From Malacoraja senta (Eukaryota): a DNA stretch of 64,000 nucleotides. Where the stretch lies: contig CM075998.1 in NCBI GenBank assembly GCA_038087875.1, positions 4,838,001 to 4,902,000 on the forward strand, in the 5' to 3' direction. Of this stretch, positions 1 through 12,609 are shown piece by piece; within the stretch, counting starts at the first letter, position 1; each line of letters opens with the position of its first letter. The translations under genes were made by a program, and so were the position numbers. The notes beneath the pieces were generated by a model, which searched no databases, was not told the origin of the DNA, and was given only the letters and a program-made list of their open reading frames with translations.

Positions 1-57
1 GTACAGGAACGGGCCAAAGCTGATGCCAAATTTGACCAGCACATGATCCATATACGT

Positions 58-252
58 TGATCATGGGTACTGACCTCCCCACCATCGAAGGGATCTACAG
101 GAGTCGCTGCCTCAAAGGCAGCCAGCATCATCAGAGACCCACACCACCCTGGCCACGCTCTCATTCCACCCCTGCCATCGGGAAGAAGGTACAGGAGCCT
201 GAAAACTGTAACGTCCAGGTTCAGGAACAGCTTCTTCCCAGCGACCTTGAAC
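58..252 (+). mobile_element. Rex1/Babar LINE 3' ORF fragment
   Basis: Translates to [17 protein letters not shown]..., matching the C-terminus of the Rex1 RT ORF at 32348-33379; frameshifted. Confidence 0.8.
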
Positions 253-274
253 ACTGGGCTCTTGATCACTGCGC

Positions 275-538
275 GGCACGGTGGCGCGGCGGTAGAGTTG
301 CCGCCTCACGGCGCCAGAGACCCCGGGTTCCATCCTGACTACGGGTGCTGTCTGTGCGGAGTTTTACGTCCCTCCCCCCCCCCTCCCCCGTGACCTGCGT
401 GGGTTTCCTCCGGGTGCTCCGGTTTCCTCCCACACTCCAAAGACGTACAGATTTGTAGGCTAATTGGCTTGGTGTGAATGTAAATTGTCCCTAGTGTGGA
501 CTCGGGGGGCCGAAGGGCCTGTTTCCCTGCTGAATCTT
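275..538 (+). mobile_element. tRNA-derived V-SINE (HE1-like)
   Basis: A-box-like GGTGGCGCGGCGG, B-box-like GGTTCCATCC, V-domain (CTCCGGTTTCCTCCCACACTCCAAAGAC) and CR1-type tail GGGCCGAAGGGCCTGTTTCC. Confidence 0.85.
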
Positions 539-565
539 TGCACTATTACAATCTGGTCACCTTAT

Positions 566-918
566 AATGAATGAATGAATGAATAAGTTTATTGGCCAAG
601 TATTCACATACAAGGAATTTGCCTTGGTGCTCCGCCCATAAGTGACAACATGACATACAGTGACAGGTCGGAATGACACATAAAACATTAATAATAAAAC
701 ATTATCGATTAAACAAGTGGATTAAATAAAATACCAGAGCAAAAGGCTACAGATATTTGGATAAAAACAGTTTTTATGTCTGGCTGTGGCAGCTTTGACA
801 GTCCGGAGTCGCCTTCCAGAGGGAAGTGATTCAAAGAGTTTGTGGCCAGGGTGAGAGGGGTCAGAGATGATCTTGCCCGCTCGCTTCCTGGCCCTTGCAG
901 TGTACAGTTCATCAACGG
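566..918 (-). mobile_element. Rex1/Babar-type LINE 3' end with (TTCA)n tail
   Basis: Minus ORF ...RARKRAGKIISDPSHPGHKLFESLPSGRRLRTVKAATARHKNCFYP; AATAAA followed by (ATTC)n on the minus strand. Confidence 0.75.
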
Positions 919-1114
919 GGGGAATTGTATTACTGATTATTAATTGTGGATTATGATATATGTATTTGTCTGCTATTGTACTAATGGGCCTGTGAATCTG
1001 CGGCAAGTAAGAATTTCATTGTTCTATTGTCGAGACATGAGACTATTAAACACTTTTGACTCCAAGGAGAAACAAGGAACTGCAGATGCTGCAGTTTACA
1101 AAGGAAAGACAAGC

Positions 1115-1461
1115 ATGTGCGGTGTCGCAAGTATGTTGGATACCGCACATCTTGAAGAAATGCGATTCCTCCTAATAGAAAAATCAGACCAATTCTTAAC
1201 GAGTTGGTCTCCATTTGTCGTTTTTTTTTAATCATATGGTGCAACATAATTGTAGAAACTAACTGTTCCAGGACTGGGTGGGGGATGGTCAAGATTATAA
1301 GTAATGGTCTCCTTATTCCTTTTTATTTGTATTTTTTATTCTCTTTTTCCTACTTTCTTTTCTTCAACTTTCTTCCTTCATTCTCTTTCTTTCTTTTTCA
1401 CACACTATATATCTCACGTTTTTCTATTCTTTATTATCTAATTTATTTTTCTTATTCTTCT
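1115..1461 (+). mobile_element. L1/Tx1-clade LINE ORF2 C-terminus and T-rich 3' UTR (appears to continue at 4560-4670)
   Basis: Peptide MLDTAHLEEMRFLLIEKSDQFLTSWSPF resembles fish L1/Tx1 ORF2 ends (LEK..F..W.PF); followed by T-rich UTR; AATAAA at about 4648. Confidence 0.5.
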
Positions 1462-4400
1462 TTATTCCATTCCATCCATCTGCTCACTATCACACTCTGC
1501 CCCCCCCTCAACCGTGTCACCCCCCATCCCAGCTGACCACACGCACTGTCAACTGGGACAACCTCAGATCTCTCCAGCCTGCCCCCATCCCTCCACCCTC
1601 TCACAATGCCAACTTTGCCCTCCTCAACACCCGGTCGCTCAACAACAAAGCCCTTGCCCTCCATGAACTAATCCTTGACAACACTCTTGACTTCCTTCTG
1701 CTCACTGAAACCTGGCAACAACCCAATGTCTTCTTCTCCCTCAACCAAGCATCCCCATCTGGATTTAATTATATTTCCAAACCCCGCCCCTCCCGCCATG
1801 GAGGCGGCCTCGCTGTTATTTTCAACCAGAACTTTCCTATCGTTGAACTCCCCCTCCCCCCAGTACCATCATTTGAATTCCTTGCCTTCAAAGCCCTTTC
1901 CTCCATGACAGTCATCCTCATTTACCGGCCACCTAAACCAAACCCCTCCTTCCTATCTGATTTCACTGAATTCCTCACTCTTGTCTCATCTCTCTCCCCA
2001 CGTCTGCTGCTACTTGGTGACTTAAACATTCATATGGACTCCCCACCTGCAAGCTCGCATCTGAACTCGCTTTTCTACTTGACAACTTCTCTCTCACTCA
2101 GCACGTCACCTTTCCCACTCATGACAAAGGTCACATCCTTGACCTGGTCTGCTCCACAAATCAACCGGTACTCGACCTCCATCCATGCCTCTTCCCCCTC
2201 TCTGATCATAAGCTTATACGGTTCACCATCCCTTCTCCGACACCTCGCCCCCGCTTCCTCCGAGAAATCACCTTCCGTAATCTAAAATCCATCGACACTC
2301 ACCATCTCTCTGACCTGCTCTCCACCACTCTCCCCCTGGACTCAACCCACATCTCACCTGATGATCTCACAAACCATCTCAATTCCACCTTGTCTACCTC
2401 CCTTAACACTCTGGCCCCCCTCAAAACAAGAACCGTAAATTTTAATAAATCTTCACCCTGGTACACACCTGCACTTCGTAAGCTGAAACAGATTGGTCGC
2501 CGACTTCAACGACTCATAAAGAAATCACCTCTCACAGTCCACCATGAAGCTTACAAACTCCACCTCACTGCCTACAAAGATGCCCTCATTGCTGCTAAAT
2601 CTGCCTACCTCTCCTCCATACTCACCGACCCCTGCCTAAACCACAGAACCCTCTTCTCCACAGTCTGCAACCTCCTCAAGCCTCGAGCCATCACTCTCCC
2701 TACCTCCACTCCGGATCTCTGCAACTCATTCCTCCACTTTTTTGCTGATAAAATCAGCACCATCTATCAATCCCTATCCCCTGTACCCGACTCCCCAGCA
2801 TCTACTCCACCACCTACCAAGGCCCCTCCTTTCAACATCTCCGCTGATCTCCATACCCCTCCCCCTCACTGCTTCCTCTCCCAGTTTGACCCTAACCCTA
2901 ACCCCTACTGAAATCTCCAAACTCATCAGCTCTTCCAAACCCACTACCTGCTCCCTCAACCCTCTCACCACTCCCCTGCTGAAGTCCTGCCTCCCTGCTC
3001 TCTGCCCCTACCTCACTAATCTTTTCAACTCCTCATTGTCCCAAGGAATTGTCCCCTCTGCTTTCAAAACTGCTGCTGTCACACCAATCTTAAAGAAACC
3101 TGGTCTTGATCCCTCCTCTCTCATTAACTACCGCCCCATCTCAAACCTCCCCTTTCTTTCAAAAACCCTGGAGCGTATCGTCGCGTCACAACTTAATTCC
3201 CACCTCCTCGCGTATAACCTATTCGAACCCCTCCAATCTGGCTTTCGCCCCCTCCATAGCACAGAAACTGCTCTCCTCAAAGTCCTCAATGACCTCCTTA
3301 CCTCTGCTGACACTGGCTCCCTCAATATCCTCATCCTCCTCGACCTGAGTGCAGCCTTCGATACCGTCAACCACAACATCCTGCTCACCAGACTTAGGGA
3401 CCTTGGCATTGAAGGTTCTGCACTCAGCTGGTTCCGTTCCTACCTTTCCAACCGATCCCACTTCATCTCTGCCACAGCCACTGTCACTCAAGGCGTTCTC
3501 CAAGGCTCCGTTCTTGGTCCCCTCTTCATCATCTACATCCTCCCCCTTGGTCATATACTCCATCACTTCAACCTGGACTTCCACTGCTATGCTGATGACA
3601 CCCAGATCTATCTCAGCACCAAGTCTCCCCACCACCCCCCTCCTCTCCCATATCAACTCCTGCCTATCAGCCATCAAATCTTGGATGCAACTCAACTTCC
3701 TTAAATTAAACAGTAGCAAAACAGAATTTCTCCTCATTGGCTCCAAATCAACACTCACTAAAATTAACAACCGCACTCTCACTATTGACAGCACCACTGT
3801 CTCCCCATCTCCTCAGGCACGCAACCTTGGCGTGATCTTTGACTCAACCTCTCCCTTGAGCCTCACATCCGCCATGTTCTCAAAACATCATTTTTTCACC
3901 TCCGCAACATTGCCAAAATCAGATCCTCTCTCACACCCCCCGCTGCTGAAAGACTCATCCATGCCTTCATCTCCTCCCGACTGGACTACTGTAACTCTCT
4001 TCTTTTCGGAATCAATTCCAGCAACATCAACCGACTCCAACTGGTCCAGAATGCAGCCGCCCGACTCATTACCCACACCAAATCCTGGCACCACATCACC
4101 CCAGTTCTCAAAGAACTTCACTGGCTTCCCATTTCCCACCGGATCATCTACAAAATCCTGGTCCTCACCTACAAAGCCCTCAACCACTTGGCCCCCCCCC
4201 TTATCTCATTGACCTCCTCTCCCCCTACCAACCCTCACGGTCCCTCAGATCCACATCAGCCGGTCTCCTCTCCACTCCGAAATCCAACCTCTGCACTTTT
4301 GGAGGCAGAGCCTTCTCCAGGGCAGCTCCAGGCTCTGGAATTCCCTCCCACAACTGATCTGAAATTCTGAGTCCTCACCATCTTCCAGTCCCGCCTCAAG

Positions 4401-4559
4401 ACCCATCTCTTCACCTCTGCATACCCTTAGTCCCATGTTCCGCTCCCTCTGTCTTACTGCTCTATTTTGTTTTGTTTATTCCTGACTCTCAATTGTAAAG
4501 CGACTTTGAGTCCTGAAAAGCGCTATATAAATAAAATCTATTATTATTATTATTATTAT
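1462..4559 (+). mobile_element. L2-clade LINE, degenerate ORF2 (APE endonuclease + RT)
   Basis: Endonuclease motifs LLNTRSLNNK...LTETW, IYRPP, LLGDLNIH; RT motifs YRPISNLPFLSK, LLDLSAAFDTV, QGSVLGP, HCYADDTQIY; several frameshifts; tail AAAGCGCTATATAAATAAA plus (ATT)n. Confidence 0.92.
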
Positions 4560-4744
4560 AATAAAAAATATATAAGAAGCTGTACATAAAAGGTATTATG
4601 TAAATATATATTAGGCACTTTGGTGCCATATGATTGGACTCACTTCTAATAAAATAATAATATTTTTTTTAATCAAAGGAAAGACACACATGTGTGGAGT
4701 TTGCACGTTCTCACGTAACCACGTCAGTTTCTCCCAGTTGATTG

Positions 4745-5115
4745 AGTCATAGAGTCACAGAGTGATACAGGGTGGAAACAGCCCTTCAGCCCAACTTGCC
4801 CACACCGGCCAGCACTGTCCCATCTACACTAGTCCCACCCGCCTGCGTTTGGCCCATATCCCTCCAAACCTGTCCTATCCATGTACCTGTCTAACTGTTT
4901 CTTAAACGTGGGCGCAGGACGCCACAGGAGATCCTTTTTCACGTGACCATCAGACCTGTACTCCCCCCCCCCCTCTCCCCCCCCCCCCCCCCCCCCCCCC
5001 CACCCCCCGATCCTCCATTCATGTACCTTTATTATGTGTTTGTATGACTGTTGGCAGACCAATTTCCCTCCTGGGATAAATAAAGTTCTATCATATCGTA
5101 TTGCATCGTATGGGT

Positions 5116-5147
<32 letters not shown>

Positions 5148-5325
5148 TTGTTCCATACACCACCACCCTCTGTGTGACAAAGTTACCCTCAGATTCCTAT
5201 TAAATCTTTTCCCCTTCTCCTTAAACCTATGTCCTCGGGTCCTCGATTCCCCTACTCTGGGCAGGAGTCTGGCCCGATCTATTCCTCTCATGATTTTATA
5301 CACTCTATAAGATCACCCCTCATCC
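4745..5325 (-). mobile_element. CR1/HER1-type LINE 3' fragment, interrupted at about 4915-5145
   Basis: YKIMRGIDR...ESRTRGHRFK and FKKQLDRYMDRTGLEGYGPNAGGWD on the minus strand. Confidence 0.8.
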
Positions 5326-5965
5326 TTTCATAGCAAAAGGATTTGAGTATAGGAGCAGGGAGGTTCTACTGCAGTTGTACAGGGTCTTGGTGAGACCACA
5401 CCTGGAGTATTGTGTACAGTTTTGGTCTCCAATCTGAGGAAGGACATTATAGCCATAGAGGGAGTACAGAGAAGGTTCACCAGACTGATTCCTGGGATGT
5501 CAGGACTTTCATATTGGTGGGTGGGGGGGGGGGGGTACTCGCTAGATTTAGGAGATTGAGAGGGGATCTTATAGAAACGTACAAAATTCTTATGGGGTTG
5601 GACAGGCTAGATGCAGGAAGATTGTTGGGGAATGTCCAGGGGGGGACAAGGGGTCACAGCTTAAGGATAAGGGGGAAATCCTTTAATTACTTGGTCTCAG
5701 ATGAGAAAAAACTTTTTCACACAGAGAGTGGTGAATCTGTGGAACTCTCTGCCACAGAAGGTAGTTGAGGCCAGTTCATTGGCTATATTTAAGAGGGAGT
5801 TAGATGTGGCCCTTGTGGCTAAAGGGATCAGGGGGGTATGGAGAGAAGGCAGGTACGGGATACTGAGTTGGATGATCAGCCATCCATGATCATATTGAAT
5901 GGCGGTGCAGCGAAGGGGCCGAATGGCCTACTCCTGCACCTATTGTCTATGTATCTATGTATGTA
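5326..5965 (+). mobile_element. CR1 LINE 3' fragment
   Basis: RLRGDLIETYKIL...RKNFFTQRVVNLWNSLPQ; (CTATGT)n-type tail; close to the copies at 29246-30343 and 53842-55578. Confidence 0.9.
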
Positions 5966-6541
5966 TCCTCCTGCGCTCCATGGATGAGAGTCCCAGCCTA
6001 ATCAACCTCTTAATAGTAGATTAAGACTAAGGAGATCCTCGTAATCTTCTCCGTACCCTCAGCTTGACAACATATTACTATAACACGGAAAGCCTTGACA
6101 ACATCTTTCTATACACGGCGCCAGAACTGAGCACAAGGGTAATGGGCCGCGTAGCCCGCACGTACAGCAACGCGCTGCGGTTCCGTGTCTACGTCCCAGG
6201 TTGGCGGGTTCAGCAGCTGCTGTAAATTGCCTCCTAATGTGTAAGTGAGGAGGTAGAATCTCAGTGGAGACACAAACTGACGCAGCAGAGGACAGTGGCG
6301 GTGATTGTGGAGTTGGTGGGAGGTTGTCGGGTATTACAATGGTGAGTGTGACAAACTGAAGCCGGGCTTCACTTGAACGCACAATTAAATCAGCCGACAT
6401 CTCCGGCGAGGTTTTTTTTGGGATCACATGCTACAATTCAATCTGGCTTCTAATTAGGCCCCATTGGTGCCTGCTAATAAGTTTCAGATTCTGTTCCTGT
6501 TAAATCGACCTGGTGGGATTTGAATCCGTGAGGTTCTGAGA

Positions 6542-6738
6542 ATGAAAATAGACACAGGAATCTGGAGTAACTCAGCGGGGCAGGCGGCATCTCTGGAGAG
6601 AAGGAATGGGTGACGTTTCGGGGTCGAGACCCTTTGGAGTCTGAAGAAGGGTCTCGATCCGACAAGTCACCCATTCCTTCTCTCCAGAGATGCCGCCTGT
6701 CCCGCTGAGTTACGCCGGCATTTTGTGTCTATTTTCAT
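6542..6738. mobile_element. Palindromic non-coding mini-element made of two inverted Penelope terminal repeats
   Basis: Arms ATGAAAATAGACAC...GGGTGACGTTTCGGGGTCGAGACCCT and CTGAAGAAGGGTCTCGA...GTGTCTATTTTCAT; same sequence as the terminus of the Penelope fragments at 12966-13538 and 62326-62684. Confidence 0.75.
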
Positions 6739-6802
6739 GTTTGTAGATGACTTGGTCTCAGTATAATTGTAAATTGTCCCCAGTGTGTGTAGGATAGTGT
6801 TA

Positions 6803-7122
6803 TGGGCCTGTCCCACGGTACAAGTTCATTCAAAGAGCTCTCCCGAGTTTCCCCTGATTCGAACTCGGAGATTTACGGTAATGGCCGCTCGTCGGTACTC
6901 AGGGCTCTCGTGGACATTTTTCAACATGTTGAAAAATCTTCACGAGTCTTCACGAGCTTACCGCGTTTCCCGAGTACCTGCCGTTAGCGTTACGAGCCGC
7001 TAAGAGACGTCCCCGAGCTCCAACGTACCCGCTACGTTCATTCTCCGTGCTTACCACGAGTTTGATTTTTTAAAAACTCGGGAGAGCTCTTGGAATGAAC
7101 TCGCACCGTGGGGACAGGGCCT
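6803..7122. mobile_element. PIF/Harbinger-like MITE inserted in a SINE tail
   Basis: TIRs GGGCCTGTCCCAC / GTGGGGACAGGGCC; TTA target duplication at 6800-6802 and 7123-7125 splits the SINE sequence GTGTTAGTGTG. Confidence 0.75.
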
Positions 7123-7597
7123 TTAGTGTGCGTGCAAATCTGTGAAAGCTGCAAGTTGCACCGCATGGTACAAAAGACGTCATTGGCTTGTACGTGCAGC
7201 GTGGTGGTTGGGGCCTACTCGGTGCCAGCCAACCAGCCGCTCCGTTGCATAGCCTTTGCTTCCCCACTGGCATGTTCAAGATTCACATCGCAGTTGGCAC
7301 AGACTGGCAGGCGGCATGGAGAAATGACTTTGTGTTGAAGGAAGGAACGGGCAGATGCTGATTTAAACCGAAGATTCTAGACACAAAATCTATTTTGACA
7401 GGCGGCATCTCTGGAGAGAAGGAATGGGTGACGTTTCTGGTTGGGTCTGAAGGAGGGAGAGATAGATCAGGTAAGTTTGAATGGCGGAGTAGACTTGATG
7501 GGCCGAATGGCCTTATTCTGCTCCTATCACTCATGAACTTCTGAACTAACTTTTCCCTCTTTTAACAGGATCAGTTGCATATCCAGTCAGAAGATGG

Positions 7598-8148
7598 ACA
7601 CAGCGTGCTGGAGTAACTCAGCGGGTCAGGCAGCATCTGTGGAGAACATGGATAGGTGACGTTTCACAGAGTGCTGGAGTAACTCAGCGAGTCAGGCAGC
7701 ATCTGTGGAGCGAAGGAAATGGGCAACCTTTCAGGCCGAAACCCTGAAGGAAATAGGCAACGTTTCGGGCCGAAACCCGGAAGGGTTTTCGGGCCGAAAC
7801 GTTGCCTATTTCCTTCGCTCTATAGATGCTGCCGGAACATGGATAGGTGACGTTTCACAGAGTGCTGGAGTAACCCAGCGGGTCAGGCAGCATCTCTGGA
7901 GAACATGGATCGGTGACGTTTCACAGAGTGCTGAGTAACTCAGTGGGTCAGGCAGCATCTCTGGAGAACATGGATAGGTGACGTTGCGGGTCGAGACCCT
8001 TCTTCAGTTTGACCCTACCATATATCTGTGTCTCCCCCCCCCCATTGACTCTCAGTCTGAAGAAGGGTCTCGACCCGAAACGTCACCCATTCCTTCTCTC
8101 CAGAGATGTTGCCCGTCCCGCTGAGTTACTCCAGCTTTTTGTGTCTAT
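7598..8148. repeat. 66-bp Penelope-terminus tandem array with embedded palindromic cassette, closed by an inverted terminus
   Basis: Unit GAGTGCTGGAGTAACTCAGCGGGTCAGGCAGCATCTGTGGAGAACATGGATAGGTGACGTTTCACA; cassette at about 7707-7840; inverted arm at 8057-8148. Confidence 0.85.
8057..8084 (+). ncRNA. Minimal type I hammerhead ribozyme core (Penelope terminal repeat)
   Basis: CTGAAGA-A-GGGT(CTCG)ACCC-GAAACGTC: CUGANGA, 4-bp stem II, GAAA, GUC triplet, palindromic ACGT in place of stem III; stem I only about 2 bp. Confidence 0.6.
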
Positions 8149-8911
8149 TGAGGGAAAAATGACTAACTGAGTCCGCCCAAACTGGAGTCTGTATTCAGGG
8201 GGAAGTTACTGAATTCTGGCGTGCTACATATACACTCCAGGGGGCCACATTGGCTGCTGTAAATCATCGCGTGGGAACATGGACCAAATACGTCACTGGA
8301 GTTCCCAGAGTAAGATGCAGTCACTTTCGAGTTTGGTGTTCTAGACTCTAAACACCCCAAACATGATTCGAAGAGAAACCAATCTGCCCTGCCTGCACAC
8401 CATATCATATCCTATCTGAAGCATCTTGGTCAGCGTGGCAAGTTGGGCCAAAGGGCTTGTTTCCACGCTGTATGACTCTCTAATCTTCGGCCTTTGCCCA
8501 CCCATCTGCCAACTAACCCCACCCCGCCTAACCTGTATCCACCCATCACTCGCCAGGCGTTGTCCTGCCCCCACCTCTCTTCCACTTATCTCACCCCGCA
8601 CCATCTCAATCGGTCTGAAGAAGGGTCCCCCATCCATGTCCTCCAGAGATACTGACTGCCGGGCCCATTGAGTTACGCCAGTACTTTGCACCTGTTCCCG
8701 AAACGTTGCCTATTTCCTTCGCTCCATAGATGCTGCTGCACCCGCTGAGTTTCTCCAGCACTTTTGTCTACCAGTGTGGAAACAGGCCCTTCGGCCCAAC
8801 TGGCCCACACCGGCCAACATGTCCCATCTACACTCGTCCCACCTGCCCGCGTTTGGTCCATATCCCTCCAAACCTGTCCTGTCCATGTACCTGTCTAACT
8901 GTTTCTTAATG

Positions 8912-9230
8912 TTCCCAATGTTGAACCAGGGGCCACAGTCTTAGAATAAAGGGGAGGCCATTTAAGACTGAGGTGAGAAAAACCGTTTTCACTCAGAGAG
9001 TTGTGAATTTGTGGAATTCCCTGCCACAGAGGGCAGTGGAGGCCAAGTCACTGGATGGATTTAAGTGAGAGTTAGATAGAGCTCTAAGGGCCAGTGGAAT
9101 CAAGGGATATGGGGAGAAGGCAGGAACGGGGTACTGATTGGGGACGATCAGCCATGATCACAATGAATGGCGGTGCTGGCTCGAAGGGCCGAATGGCCTG
9201 CTGCTGCACCTATTTTCTATGTTTCTATGC
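8912..9230 (+). mobile_element. CR1 3' fragment
   Basis: GGCCACAGTCTTAGAATAAAGGGG...GGCTCGAAGGGCCGAATGGCC followed by (TTCTATG)n tail. Confidence 0.85.
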
Positions 9231-9384
9231 TGTCCATATTAGGGGAGAGTTTAGAGAAGCAGAGAAGCAGCTTAGAGTATCAATGGAAGACCCCGAACAG
9301 CATTGTTTAGTTTAGTTGAGAGATACAGCGCGGAAACAGGCCCTTCGGCCCACCGGTCCACGCTGACCAGCGATCCCCGATGTG

Positions 9385-9950
9385 TGAGGGTTCGTGCATC
9401 ACTGAAGGTGGCAGCACAAGTAGATAGGGTGGTAAAGAAGGCGTATTGGTATGCTTCCCTTCATTGCCAGGGCATTGAATATAAGAGTCAGGACGTCATG
9501 ATTCAGCTCTATAGGTCTCTGGTTAGGCCACATATGGAGTATTGCGTGCGGTCCTGGTCGCCCCCATTACAGGAAGGATGTGGGGGCTTTGGAGAGGGTG
9601 CAGAGGAGGTTTACCAGAACGCTGCCTGGATTAGAGGGTTTCAGCTACAGGGAGAGTTGGACAGACTTGGATTGTTTTCTCTGGAACGTCGGAGGTTGAG
9701 GGGAGACCTGATAGAAGTGTGTAACATTATGAGAGGCATAGATAGGGTAGACAGTCAGAACCTTTATCCCCAGGGTGGAGATGTCCAACACTAGAGGGCG
9801 CAGCTTTAAGGTGAGAGGGGGAAAGTTTAAAGGAGATGTGTGGGGCAGGTTTTTTTTACACAGAGGGTGGTGGGTGCCTGGAACGCGCTGCCAGGGGTGG
9901 TGGTGGAGGCAGATACGATGGTGGTGTTTAAGAGGCTTTTAGATAGGCAC
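9385..9950 (+). mobile_element. CR1 ORF2 C-terminal fragment (second subfamily)
   Basis: QVDRVVKKA...LYRSLVRPHMEYCV...LGLFSLERRRLRGDLIEV...FFTQRVVGAWNALP. Confidence 0.85.
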
Positions 9951-10022
9951 TTTAAATTTGCTTTAAATTCACTGATAAACAGCAGAAAAGACCAATTGTT
10001 ATCAATTATCAATTATCTATCA

Positions 10023-10690
10023 AGGTGACGCAGCGGTAGAGTTGCTGCCTCACAGCGCCAGAGACCCGGGTTCCATCCTGACTACGGGTGCTGTCTGTGT
10101 GGAGTTTGTACGTTCTCCCCGTTGTTAAGGGCTTGGACACGCTAGAGGCAGGAAACATGTTCCCCATGTTGGGGGGAGTCCAGAAACCAGGGGCCACAGT
10201 TTAAGAATAAGGAGTAAGCCATTTAGAACGGAGACGAGGAAACACTTTTTCTCCCAGAGAGTGGTGAGTCTGTGGAATTCTCTGCCTCAGAGGGCGGAGG
10301 AGGCCGGTTCTCTGGATGCTTTCAAGAGAGAGCTCGATAGGGCTCTTTAAAGATAGCGGAGTCAGGGGATATGGGGAGAAGGCAGGAACGGGGTACTGAT
10401 TGGGATGATCAGCCATGATCATATTGAATGGTGGTGCTGGCTCGAAGGGCCAAATGGCCTCCTCCTGCACCTATTGTCTGTTGTCTATTGTCTATTGACC
10501 CGTGTGGGTTTTCTCCGGGTGCTCCGGTTTCCCCCCACACTCCAAAGACGTGCAGGTTTGTAGGTTAATTGGCTTCTGGTATAATTATAAATTGTCCCTA
10601 GTGTGTGTAGGATGGTGTTAGTGTGCGGGGATCGCTGGTCGGCGCGGACTCGGTGAGCCTGTTTCCACGCTGTATCTCCAAACTAAACTA
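10023..10690 (+). mobile_element. HE1-like V-SINE interrupted by a CR1 3' fragment (about 10122-10497)
   Basis: SINE 5' half ends at GTTCTCCCCGT; CR1 with (CTATTGT)n tail follows; SINE resumes at GACCCGTGTGGG and runs to CTAAACTAA. Confidence 0.85.
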
Positions 10691-11671
10691 AGGCAGTGAT
10701 GTTACAATTTACATCGAGCCCTGTTCAAGTTTTAGTGAGAGTATGGTCTATACCACAGGAGATAGTCCTGGGACGTTGGCTCAGTGCGGGATTGAAAAGG
10801 CTGACGTTTTCTCTTTAGTAACAGGAGGGCCTAAATGTAATCTGATAGCAGCCTTTAATATTCTGAGCAGGTTTTCGCAGTGATGAGGCTAAATGGTTCC
10901 ACATGGGGAAATCGAAAACTGGCTCATTAATAGAAGATAGCTACTAATAAATTCAAAAGGGAAATGAGAAGAAATCTATCTCTGAGAGGAATGAATGGTT
11001 TGAATGCAGAACAACGAACAACACAGGAAGCAGATGAGACACATTACTTATGTGCTTTCATGAGAAAGTTTGATGTGAAAGCAGGAATAGGTCATTCAGT
11101 TCCTTGGACCTGCTTAGGTTAGTTTAGAGATACAGCACCGAAACAGGCCCTTCGGCCCACCGAGTCCATGTCGACCAGCGATCCCTGCACACTAACACTA
11201 TCCCACACACACACACTCGGGACAATTTGTTACATTTGATACCAAGCCAATTTTCCTGCCGCATGTCTCGAAATCTCAAGTTTCTGGTTACTCCTCACTG
11301 CTTTCTCCCACCCCCACCTCTCTTCCGCTACCTCCTTTCGCTTGGTTTTGCGATACAGGGTGGAAACAGGCCCTTCGGCCCATCGAGTCCGTGCCGACCA
11401 GGCGATCCCCACACACTAACACTATCCTACCACACACTAGGGACAATTTACATTTGATACCAAAGCCAATTAACCTACAAACATGTACGTCTTTGGAGTG
11501 TGGGAGGAGGCAGGAGCACCCGGAGAAAACCCACGCAGGTCACGGGGAGAACGTACAAACTCCGTTCAGACAGCACCCGTAGTCAGGATCGAACTCGGGT
11601 CTCCGGTGAGGCAGCAACTCGTTCCATACACCCATCACCCTCTGTGTGAAAAAGATGCCCCTCAGGATCTT

Positions 11672-12535
11672 AGACAATAGACAATAGGTGCAGGAGGAGG
11701 CCATTTGGCCCTTCGAGCCAGCACCGCCATTCAATGTGATCATGGCTGATCATCCACAATCAGTACCGCGTTCCAGCCTTCACCCCATATCCCCTGACTC
11801 CGCTATTTTTAAGAGCCCTATCTAGTTCTCTCTTGAAAGCATCCAGAGAACCTGCCTCCACCACCCTCTGAGGCAGAGAATTCCACAGACTCACCACTCT
11901 CTGTGAGAAAAAGTGTTTCCTCGTCTCCGTTCTAATGGCTTACTCCTTATTCTTAAACTGTGGCCCCTGGTTCTGGACTCCCCCAACATCGGGAACATGT
12001 TTCCTGCCTCTAGTGTGTCCAAGCCCTTAACAATCTTATATGTTTCAATGAGATTCCCTCTCATCCTTCTAAACTCCAGAGTGTACAAGCCCAGCCGCTC
12101 CATTCTCTCAGCATATGACAGTCCCGCCATCCCGGGAATTAACCTTGTAGAATCGTTACCGTCTCACTTTAATCCACGTCCTCTGCTTCTTGATTCCCCT
12201 ACTCTGGGTAAAAGACTCATCTACCCGATCTATTCCTCTCATGATTTTGTACACCTCTATGAGATCACCCCTCATCCTCCAGCGCTCCAGGGAATAGAGT
12301 CCTGGCCTGCTCAACCTCTCCCTGTAGCTCAGGCCCCTCGAGTCCCGGCAACATCCTCGTAAATCGTCTCTGCACCCTTTCCAGTTTAATGACGTGCTCC
12401 CTGCAGCAGAGTGACCAAAACTGTGTACAACACTCCAAATGCGGCCTCACCAACGTCTGCAACGTAACATCCCAACTTCCATACTCAATACCCTGACTGA
12501 CCAAGGCCAATGTATCGAACAGGCTTTTTTTTACC
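11672..12535 (-). mobile_element. Two adjacent CR1 3' fragments
   Basis: MAGLSYAERMERLGLYTLEFRRMRGNLIETYK and GIEYGSWDVTLQTLVRPHLECC on the minus strand. Confidence 0.85.
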
Positions 12536-12609
12536 ACTTCTGAAGATTTCAAAGATTCACAATCCCAGTGACATCCAAAATGGCGACAGACACGAAATGC
12601 TGGAGTAAA

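Noticed and set aside
1115..1150. Small hairpin ATGTGCGGTGTC...GATACCGCACAT
   Set aside because: It has only a 12-bp stem at the truncation junction of a LINE fragment and is too short for a structured RNA call.
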